This document shows, in pieces, positions 53,870 through 64,000 of a DNA stretch of 64,000 bases. The notes under the pieces are model-generated. The model made no database searches, was not told the DNA's origin, and worked only from the letters and a program-made list of their open reading frames with translations. The stretch is from Styela clava. Its lineage: Eukaryota. The first letter of the stretch is position 1. Every line of letters begins with the position of its first letter. The translations under genes and the position numbers were made by a program. The stretch spans positions 18,600,001 through 18,664,000 of the forward strand of contig NC_135253.1 in NCBI RefSeq assembly GCF_964204865.1, in the 5' to 3' direction.

Positions 53870-55924
53870 TTTGTCATTATTAGTGTTCATCTGTTGCTTA
53901 ATATTTTATAATGGAGAATAAAACATTCTTGTATAAAGTTCTATGTAGAAGAAGGGAGGGGGTGGGGAATGTGACGACCCATATTTTTAGATTTATAACA
54001 CCATTATTTGATTTTACTGTTAGATTCTGTATTATAATGTTCGAGACACCAAGGCGCTGTAGCACCGTCCGTCAGTCTTTTGTTTGTATTGAGTTGTTTT
54101 CAGCTCATTTCGTAAATAATTAGTTAGTTAGCTGGTTAGCTATATATATATACCAGATTTTAGGGTTTCTCTCCAAATTTCAGTTCTTTTATTGTATATA
54201 TATATTTATGTATAATGTTTTTTCTTACGATGTTCATACCGGGTGTTTGTTAATTTTATTGCATCCTTTCTGTTCTATCGAGTTCATGGGAATATTTGGT
54301 TGTATTAAGACTGTTAGGTTATACATGAGATTAAAATAGCATTAATTGAAGTGAATATTGAGAAAAAGATTGACATCAGACCAAATTGGAAGATATTTCA
54401 AGCCGGGAAAAGTCGTAGGCTACATAGATTGACGGTACGTTTCACACTTTCCTGACGTAATCAAATATTGATTAGGGCTGACCTTGACAATCATGATAAA
54501 ATGAAGAGACTCGGCTTGCCCTGTAAGCATGAGGGATAGCAGCCTATAAGTAATTACGTTATAACACGAGCCAAGTATATTCATTTTATTGTGAGTGTCG
54601 AGCCCTAATCAATATTTAAACGGATAATAAAGGATTGTCGTATGGGATCTGCTACTATCAAGTTGTGGAAAGTTATTATTATGTCCATTGTTATGTTGAG
54701 GATGATTTAGAAACACTCAGTGTTTTAAACACGCAAAGTGCTTCTTATTTGTGTAATCTGCAATGTCACTGCTAAATTTTAAATAACATTTGTGTCACTT
54801 GTATTCCTACTTGTTTGCATTAGTCGATGACTGCATGTAATCTTTTATAGTTTGAACGTCTTTCAAGGTTTTAGCTGTAATGCAAATACGTGATACTTGA
54901 AAGAAAACTTTTCACTGGCATGTGTGACTTCCGTAAAATCCAGTGTTAAGCTCCCTTGGTTTGTACTTAAAACATAGTTTTCCTTAATTAATGTCGTTGT
55001 GTGCATACGATGCGGCGACAGTGGTGTTTGATCAAAGCGTGTCGCAAACTCCCAAGTATAGATATATATGGTACTGGTAGCGCCATAGTCGGCCACTGTA
55101 AGGGTTATGTAGAATTCTTGAAAGAGGGAATGACTGTAGTAAGCTATGTTTTTAGATTAGAAAGATTTTGTATGTAATGATTCAGACTTGCACGAGTGAT
55201 ATTTTACGACCTATTTTTGAATATTTGTAGTTACCGAGGCTGATGGCAATGTCTCAGGAAGGTCGCCAGCCAGCCTTAGTTCACTGTTTGAATCTAAATT
55301 GAATTGCGTACGACGTAAGGAATCTGACAGTAATCCATTTATAAAATCTCCCTTGCCCGTATCCTACTGATGCCAGATTGATTTCGCACCTTTTAAACGT
55401 TCATAGTTGTTCCAAAATAACGGTATGGGATTAGTATGTAGTATATAGGGAGAAATATTTATATATTCTATTTTCGGAATATGAAAATTTGTTTTTGAAA
55501 CACCACTCATTCATATATATATTACATCCGTTCGACCGTGAACAAATCGTCTGCAAAGAAAGTATTATAGATGAGTCGTGCTTGATTCACTTCTCACACT
55601 CTTGTCGCTTTCAGTCTGGCAAAAAGATAAATTGTAAAACCGATCAATTGTATGGTTTCCTCAAATCTAGGATTCTGTCGGCTCGTTAGATAATTGCACG
55701 TGCTTACACTTTCCTGCTTGCTTACAATTTCAGTTAACTCGCAAATATTTAAAACATTTTAGTCCATGGAGAACTTATTGCTATCAGTAAGCCATTATGA
55801 GGAAGAAGCTCGAAGAAAGTTATCGCAACATGATTTGGGCTATTTTGCTTTTGCTGCAGGAGCAAGAGAAACCATGAAAGAAAACTGTGAAGCATTTAAA
55901 AGGAAAAATAATCATTGTTTAGCT

Positions 55925-56434
55925 CAGCGGTTCACAAAGGATGCGCCGCGAAAATTAACAGAATTGTGTAAAACATGACTAAAATATGATTGAATATTTT
56001 ACCTATTGTATTTAAAATAAATGTTTTATTGTTTCTTATTTTAAATGCTGTTTATATGAATCAATGAATTCATTTTACCTTTCTATGTCGTTTGCTTTCT
56101 GTTACGTAGTGTCTGTTACGTAATAATAGAAATAGACACAACTTGCTGCAATTTTGCGAGCTGCAGTTTATTTATCTGCTGAACCGCGATTTGCGAACAT
56201 GCTCGATTTTTTCAGCATTTCAAAGTAAAATCAGGCAGAGGTGAAGAAAAAGAGTTGACCTTTTGCCTTTATTTCTTGGGCCTACATGTTTGCAAAATTT
56301 ATAAAAGACATAAAGTACACATTAAAGATCACACATTAAGTTTTAATTAAAAGGAGCATTTTTTCGTTCAATTCATCGTGAGTTTTTACACTGATAATTT
56401 GGGACCGCACGAACAAAAATTTTGGGAACCGCTG
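55925..56434. mobile_element. 510-bp hAT MITE in intron 1 of copy 8
   Basis: TIR CAGCGGTTC(A/C)CAAA; perfect TSD GTTTAGCT (55917-55924, 56435-56442). Confidence 0.92.
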
Positions 56435-58253
56435 GTTTAGCTTTTACAACTCTTTGCGCGGTAACTAATTTGGTGGGATATCTTGAATACGCAATGTAAA
56501 ATCGGAAATATCTGGTTTAAGATATCACAAAAACTTTGCACAATATTTAAATTTTGCATCCTAATTTAAAGTTATTCAGAATTACTTCAATACTGTTAGG
56601 GTTGCAAAACTTGAAATTGCAACATTGTCGGGAAAATGTATAAAAAAATATTTAAATTGTAAAATTATACACAGATGGCGATTTCGACCCAGGATTTTAA
56701 AGAACGTTAGCCGAGTGGATTGCTCGACAGAAGTAATTGGTTCAAAAATACCTTTTCCAATATGTATTGCACCAACGGCATTTCATCGTATGTGTGCGCC
56801 AGAAGGTGAATTTTGTACCGCAAGAGGTAAAGTGACTGCAGCATATATTTCTTTTAATAATATATATCTCGAACATTAATTGCAAGTTTCACAAAATATA
56901 AAATGATTTTTATTCAGCCGCCGAATCACTTGGCGTAGGGATGGCAGTAAGTTTATGGAGTAACAAAACGATGGAAGAGATCGCATCTGAGGTGCCAAAC
57001 TGCATAAAATGGTGCCACGTTCAATTCATCAAGGTTGGTATGGAAGTATCAATTATTCTACTTCATAGTAATAAATATCCGTGCTTACATTTAGTAGTCT
57101 GTAAACATAAAACATAAACTCCGATTAAGGTACTACCGCAGTATGTGAACTAGGTTTGGGGTAGGCCATAATTTTATACTGATTTTACCTATCTTAGTTC
57201 TATTACGAGTTCCTGGACTGTCTGTGTTAGCCTCTCGTCCATAGGTTTCAGTCCCTTTACACAACTTTTGTAATGAATGTGAAATATGCGAACAAAAATA
57301 ATCATCTCCATAATGGTACACATACTTCTGGAATCCCGATTAATTCAAGCAACAATTTGACGATGACTAAGTAAGCATCAAATCCTAAATGCTGAAATAC
57401 CCCAACTGGGTTATTGAAAATCAGTTCATTTATTTCGACCTGACAAAGTTCAGCACATTACTGGAAATTTAAAGAGTTATGAAGGACGACAACGGTCGTC
57501 ATCAACCCACGACATTCCGTATTCATAAACTTCAAAACCTCTAACTCAGAAAAGAATGATTAAGTGTTTTCCTACACATGTATTTGAAGTCTCTGTCAAT
57601 TCTAGATTCACTTTAGTACTTTCTTTACCTTACTAATATTCAAATATTTCATAGAATCGTATCGTAACAGAACATTTTGTGAGAAGAGCTGAGCAAAACG
57701 GATTCAAAGGATTTATAGTAACTATCGATGAACCGGTTTTTAGAAATCGTACTCATAGATACGAAGACGAAAAACCACTCAAGTTTGAAACATCTATTGT
57801 GTGAGTATTATGTCTAGAGGTATTTAAACTCAGATCAAAATAGAACATGATCAATGAAATATAGTCCACACTCGTCAGACGTATAACGATTAACGTCTAA
57901 AACGCCAAATATTCTGAATATATTCAGATATATATTACTATGCTAGTGCTTGCCAAACATGACATAGCAATAACTGTATACGTGCTATTAATGAGTTGAA
58001 ATCGCAATGGAAGTTATTGATTCCTGGAATTTTTAACCTTTTTTTATTCGATTCATTTCTGGTCATTGTAGATCAATCAAATTTGTGGAACCTGAAGAGC
58101 CGGCCTTTGTTGCGTTTACATCCTGGATGGATGGAAGTGCTGAATGGGACAGTATTGATTGGTTGAAAGGAATTACCAAGTTACCTGTAGTAATCAAAAG
58201 AATTCTGACAGATAAGCTATGGTTCTAATTGAGTACATAGTTATAACGTATAC

Positions 58254-61062
58254 CAGGGGTCGGCAACCCCTGGCACGCGTGCCAATTGTGGCACGAGAGA
58301 GGATTTCTCATGGCACGCCAAGTGATTTGATGCAGATCAGATATTTATTTTAGTAGTTTGACCAAAATTCTACATTTGAACAAAAATTAACAATTCGACA
58401 AATCCTTTGAAAAAACATGTAATGTTTAACTGCAACGACGGAAAGCCGAAATTGTTGCCACTTTTCGTTACTTTCGGAAAAGCGATGGATCAGAGGCCTA
58501 AATCTGTACGGGAATTCAGTGTAGATAAGCATATGCGGTGCAGCGGTGCCAGATTTGGCTACTTTCAGAAACGCTTCGCTACCTGAAACTACTCGTTCAC
58601 CTACTAGCAACTTTTTATACTATTGTTGGGTTACTTTTTGCCCTTAGTCGTGAAATATTGAATATTATTTCATCAATTCATACTTTTGGGCGATTCGTAC
58701 AGCTTTTTGCTAAAATCGCCGATTATTTTTGTCAGCGTGACGTGTTATTTTGACCGTAAACACTTTCAAGTCGGTGTTTATTCTCCCAGAATCGAAAAAA
58801 GTATTTCACGTCAACGATAATAACTATTTTCTTTTTGTATTCGCCCAGAATTGTGAATTGGCTAAGAGTTATTATACAATAATCGGCAGCGAGTTGCTTT
58901 TTAAGTCTAAAAGGAGTGGGGCACCGACGCAAATTTCTTTATTGAAAAGCGGCAATATAAAATACTAAAAATAAAACCGTAAATAATTTGTTGTACGAGG
59001 CCCGTGACAGATTAAAAACGCTTCTTTAGGCATTGTAAATTGCAAAATTTCGTGTGCCTATTGCACACATAAGTTTGAGCGGCATTGAGAATCATAAGGC
59101 CATTAGAATAGAAACACGGTTAAATGTTCTCGTTTATCAAATTTCGACTTTTGGTCAACAATGATTCAAACTCAGTCTCTGTGTTGATACGCTTCTGTCT
59201 AAGCGTGGTTAAGGATGGCAAGCCCTCAAACGTTTTGTCAGCTGCAGAGTCGCCTTCTTCCGTAAATGTCGACGATGAAGCCACTGTTGCTTCAGATTCT
59301 TTAGTATTTGACTTCTTCAACAAATGCGTCATATTCAACTTTGTCAGATTTAGGCACACAGATGTTCCATGTCATACGCGTTTATTGTAAAACGGTTGAC
59401 TGTAAATAAAATGAAATAATCAATAAACAATCACAAGATGAGGGCGGAAAGAAAATGCATAACCAGAAGTTAATAGAAATTAAACTTACATATGATAACG
59501 CTCCAAAGGCCTAAATCGACAAGAAACTGACAGGAAACGTGAACGATAACGTTATTGGCATAAAAATAGCAACTAAATTTAGAAAGCAGTTAATAAGAAT
59601 GAAATATAAAATACATGAACAATTAAAGCAATAAATGACTACGATGGTCATATGGGGCCCCGGTTACGATACCCTCACCACAGTTCTACCTAACGAGACC
59701 AAATGCCACCCACACGCTAAGTCAGTAAAGCGGATAATGCGAAACCACACCACTAACATCATAACAAGATTAAACAAGAACGTCCTACGACGCGTAAAGT
59801 CGAGATGCAAGAGCCACACGTGACACGTCAGATGCAGTAAAGCCCGCGAAACTCGCGTCAAAACAGAAAAGCAATTATCGATAAAAATTAGCCGGTCAGA
59901 ACACAAGGAAGAACAGCGTTCAAAATATTATCAACTGAAAAGAAACTTCTATCGCCGACATGCGCGGATTTACCTTTTTATCAATTATTTTAAATTGCCG
60001 TCGGGAATTTTCGTGTTGATATTATACATTTCATATTATAAGGTTGGAAACGCGACTTTTTCCCGAGTCGTGTTGAGATATAAGATAATTAATTAAAATA
60101 TATTCAATCAATTTTTATTGTACCAAAATAAATTTTACTCCGTGAGTTTTTATAGCAGATTTAGGGATTTTTCTAACGGTTTCATCATCGAAAACAAAAT
60201 CTGAGTGGCAGCATTGCGATAGAGCAGAGTCATTTTTGCAAGTACAGCTCAGATTTGTCGAATTCGCAAAATTGGAAAAATACGGATCAAAACTAGATAT
60301 AACCGGGAAGTTTATCACACATTTTTATGTCCGCGGATTGATGTGGTATTTTAGGGTAGTGATGCGTATGCGTTTATATTGTCGATGCAACTGCAGGTTA
60401 AATTGAAGAAAAGTAAATTATAATACAGCAAGACATTTTAAATATGGCCGTATCGGTCGTGGATTGATTACTTTGGACAACAGAAAAATCATTATATAGT
60501 ATTCGTCGAAAAAGCCGCGGGGATTTCGAGGCGATAAATATGTATTTTTGATTTACTGATATACTTTACATGTATTTAATTGTACTCTACGAGATTTTTA
60601 TTACAGATCTTGAGATTTTTCTAACGGCGATAACGAATTCGCAAGATTACAAAAAAGTATCGAAACTAAGTACACTCAGGCATGTTTATCTCATATTTTT
60701 ATACGTCAACAAATTGAGCGGTATTTTAGACTAGTAATCTTTATATTTTGACGCAAGAAGACGCAGCCGCGAGTTACGTTGGACCCAATTATATCAATAT
60801 AGAAGGAAATTTTATAGATTCTCGTAGCTGTCATGAATTGATTATTTTACGGGACTAAAAATCGGTATACGCTAAAAAAGCCGGCTATTTTTACGAGCGT
60901 GTAATCACGGCGACTGTTTCAGAAAGGAAAGGAAATTTCCGATTCCGACTATTCAAATCAGGTAGTTGATTATGCAAACCAAACACATGAAAATGTTTGG
61001 CACGCGAAGGTGCTCATTATTCATAAAATGGCACGCGGAGTTCAAAAGGTTGCCGACCCCTG
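58254..61062. mobile_element. 2.8-kb non-autonomous hAT element in intron 5 of copy 8
   Basis: Perfect 15-bp TIR CAGGGGTCGGCAACC, TGGCACG subterminal repeats, perfect TSD ACGTATAC (58246-58253, 61063-61070). No transposase ORF seen. Confidence 0.93.
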
Positions 61063-63541
61063 ACGTATACTAACCTCGAGTACGTTCCATGATTTGGTAT
61101 TGCAAATACGAAGATCATAAATGCATAAAACAGTGAATAAAAACACTCTTTCAAAAATAATTTCATTCTGTTTATATTAAGCGGAAATGGCACTTAAAGC
61201 TGTTGAACACAAAGTTGACGGAATCATTGTCTCAAATCATGGCGGGAGAATATTAGATGGTACATTCGCGACAGTGGGTATACATTGATATAGAATGAAA
61301 TATATCAGGTTCCGTTCTGTTATGTCTTCGTCAGATTCATAAATTAATTATGGCGGTGTTTTAACATATTCCGACAACTACAAACTTTGTTTTATTGTTT
61401 CTCATTCTGTTTTGGAACTTCAACTGAGATTAAAATAATAAGAGAGAAAATAAGAAAAGCATGCTAACTCCGATCTATATATATCATTTCTCCGCTTTTT
61501 ATTTTAACGTCTTTTCTCGCGCGATTGAAGTAGAAACCTGGATCTGTGTTGTGAAGTCCACGTTATCCCAAAGCATGATGTTAATGCACATCTGTGAAAA
61601 CTGTAACGTTGAATGCATAACCCATGTTATACCAAGGATGGTTATGGTATCAAATCCACGTGCCTGCATGTCCCACATCCATCTTCTAAGTAAATACTTA
61701 AAATTTGATGTTTAAAACTGGACATTAATTTTAAATAGACGTTCTACCAGAAGTAATTCGGGCCGTGAATGGCAGAGTTGATGTTTATTTTGACGGAGGA
61801 ATCCGTAGAGGAACAGACATAGCAAAAGCAATCGCTCTTGGAGCAAAGGCGGTTTTTGTTGGAAGACCAATAATCTGGGGACTGGCATGCAAAGTTTGTA
61901 ACAAGTTTATTTTGTATTTACCATATACGGTCCGAAGAGCTATCATATCAATACCATTTGCTATTATAATTCACGATGGTCGATGGTAAAACGTGCTATG
62001 TTCAGGCCCTTTCGGACCTCGAGTAGGATTGCATTTGCAAAAAGTAAAAATTCTGAAATTGGTGCAAAGTATTCTAATAGACGCGTATAATGTATTATTT
62101 TATATGACATTGGTAAAACGAAACAATAATCTTTCAGGGCGAGGAAGGTGTGCGGAATGTTATAGAAATTCTCAAAAACGAATTCATCTACACTATGCAA
62201 CTCCTGGGTGAGTTAGCAGCTATAACCTGATATAACATAATGCATTTGGTTCTATTTGGATAGATCTACTTGTTTCAACTTTTTTGATTTCTTTCTAATC
62301 TAACTTTCAAATTGAAAACTATTAACAAAGATTTCTTCCAATTTTACCTCGTGGACGAGTTGTAGTAGCATTCGACCTAATGCAAAAATATACAAAATAA
62401 TAGTTTTTCCCCAATTTTATTTTGGAGAATAAATAAATTCTGATGCAAACATTCAAAAAAAAAAACTCTATATTGCCGACTGACAATAAGATATACGCTG
62501 CACCGTAACTAAACACTGATCAAATTCACACCAAATTACAATTACCGAATCATAAGTGCAATTCCCGAGGACACATACCACCATAAATTTTAACATATCA
62601 ACAGCGGCATAAAAAAAACTTTAGCAAAACTATGAAGCAACATTACATTTTTTTTTCTACAGGAGTTTCTACAATAGAAGAATTGCAGACGACACCAGAC
62701 GTAGTTGTTCACGAAACAAGATATTTCTCGAAACTTTAAATTAAATTGCTTCTTATAACATAATGTATTTATATACATAAAGATCGTAGATTAGTCTATA
62801 TGATTTGCGCAAATGCTAATTGGATTTAATAATATCATCAGTACACAGCAAAGTTGTGGTTTATCATGTGGCAAAGAAAAATGTCGATAATACACAATAC
62901 TTCAAATCTAGCATAGGGAGGGGGAAGGCCCGAACTGTTATTTTTTTTCGCACTATTAAACGTACGCACAGTAATATCTTCTTCCGGCTCGGTCAAAGGC
63001 CAATAAACACACAATATCTGTTGCCGAATGCCCATATATTGTAGTAGAAGTTCACAATCGAATTGAATTATTTTAAGTAACAGAAAATTAAAGAACACTT
63101 ATATTTTTAATCAAACTACAACAAAGAAATATACTAAGAGACGACCTGTCGTGCACGTGCACGGGGTCACTTTATCAGACTGTTATTCGCTCTGAAATTT
63201 CGAACCAGCATAAGGGCTTGCGGTAAATTATATAAGGAAATGAATCGCGGTCAGACTTTGTACTATAGCAATATAACACATGCTGTTAACAGTCGGTGGT
63301 TATAATGTACGGTAATTAACAGTAAGTATATTTTCACCCTATTTCTACAAGCTGTAACGCAAATACACAGCATTCTATTCAATCTCTCTTTTACCAATAT
63401 AAAAATTTTCAAACAAAATTATTTTTATGCAAAATGCCCATAACGCAAATATGTTTTCAGGGCGGCCCTTATATCTGAACTTTTCAGTTTATAAAATTAA
63501 ATATTAAATATTTGAAAGTGTAAGAAAATATTCAAATTTTG

Positions 63542-63697
63542 GTGGTACTTCGGCATGCGATCTCAGTGATTATAGTTAGGGTTAGTAACTGAGTTTTATG
63601 AGATGTCTCTACGAAATTAAACGAATATCAAAGAAGCACCACAATCGGTGCGCCACTTTTAGTTGAGCAAGTGGTATCGCATGCGAAAGCAGCATTC
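63542..63697. repeat. Possible small MITE
   Basis: Inverted motifs GCATGCGA / TCGCATGC near the ends with internal GTTAGGGTTAG; no clear TSD. Confidence 0.35.
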
Positions 63698-63744
63698 AAA
63701 TTGCGAAGCAATAATGTACATGATAAATTGCAATATCTTCTGTA

Positions 63745-63917
63745 TTAATTTGCTTTAGTCTTCTTATCGTTTTGTAGATCAGCATCTAATTTTGCCATGC
63801 TCCATATGGAATCGTACAGGTGAACAACGTTGAAAAAGCAACATTTTGCGACCATGACTGGTGTGAATGCATATAACGCTAATCTTACTAGGCCAATATT
63901 CAAACCCGGTAGATTCA
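63745..63917 (-). CDS. CDIPT: Last coding exon of a CDP-diacylglycerol--inositol 3-phosphatidyltransferase-like gene (continues beyond window)
   Basis: Acceptor CTCCTTTACAG| then GLVRLALYAFTPVMVAKCCFFNVVHLYDSIWSMAKLDADLQNDKKTKAN*, resembling the human CDIPT C-terminus as recalled (GLFRMGLWVTAPIALLKSLISVIHLITAARNMAALDAADRAKKK). Confidence 0.72.
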
Positions 63918-64000
63918 CTGTAAAGGAGGAGGTCATGAGAAAATTTGTAATTCAATGTAAATGTTTGATATCGAGAGATGATAAATAATTTTGCTGAAAT

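Larger units (their letters stand above)
51930..54330 (+). mobile_element. Decayed Ty3/gypsy LTR retrotransposon remnant (gag-PR-start of RT, PPT, 3' LTR start); right end uncertain
   Basis: Degenerate CCHC knuckle GPTYFLFRQPGHIAETFP (about 52126-52180); protease-like VKGSVNNVP..SGS and GILGVDY (52350-52580); GELGRTTMVHHHILT (about 53047-53090); RT N-terminus QPIRQ...VDKMLELGMIELSDSP..PSIVLIR (53370-53510); polypurine tract 53947-53969 abutting TGTGACG at 53970. Confidence 0.82.
55766..62739 (+). pseudogene. HAO1: Inverted, diverged hydroxyacid oxidase-like paralog (copy 8), probable pseudogene or unusual-splicing gene
   Basis: Exons 55766-55902, 56675-56826, 56918-57033, 57655-57800, 58072-58211, 61182-61273(61277), (61735)61739-61893, 62138-62207, 62663-62739, ending FSKL*. 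No stops or frameshifts in exons. Intron 1 donor GA, intron 5 donor AT (58212), intron 6 acceptor AG>AA (61734), VKG>IKR, Q130H. Confidence 0.8.

Noticed and set aside
55766-62739. Directed G>A hypermutation of copy 8
   Set aside because: Several damaging changes are G>A, but I did not count substitutions and transitions are expected in AT-rich DNA.
1-64000. Bacterial origin, operon or horizontal transfer of the oxidase
   Set aside because: Spliceosomal introns, with most exon lengths matching vertebrate HAO1 as recalled, a PTS1 signal, and eukaryotic TEs throughout.

Overview
AT-rich, intron-containing animal genomic DNA (not prokaryotic; taxon not determinable from sequence alone). Positions 1-51.9 kb are a recent head-to-tail array of seven minus-strand copies (basic unit about 6.3-7.5 kb) of a 9-coding-exon FMN-dependent alpha-hydroxy acid oxidase gene (HAO/glycolate oxidase family). 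The product is about 368 aa and ends in the peroxisomal signal -SKL. After a decayed Ty3/gypsy element, an older inverted paralog lies on the plus strand (55766-62739), followed by the last exon of a convergent CDIPT/PI-synthase-like gene. Most full-length copies carry lesions; only copy 4 reads through cleanly. Highlights: (1) all copies replace the catalytic Tyr (human HAO1 Y132) with Gln, and SNHGGRQ becomes SNHGGRI, while other catalytic residues are kept, suggesting a repurposed oxidase; (2) intron 1 has no usable GT/GC donor and appears to be GG-AG in the array and GA-AG in the paralog; (3) an apparent frame-preserving 4-nt intron slide in the paralog; (4) a 1.8-kb piggyBac derivative with a spliced ORF encoding only the acidic N-terminus and Cys-rich domain; (5) nested hAT, Mutator-like and Helentron-type (HINE) insertions that order the array's history. 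Gene models were hand-derived by homology to HAO1/GOX sequences recalled from memory; no alignments or searches were run.
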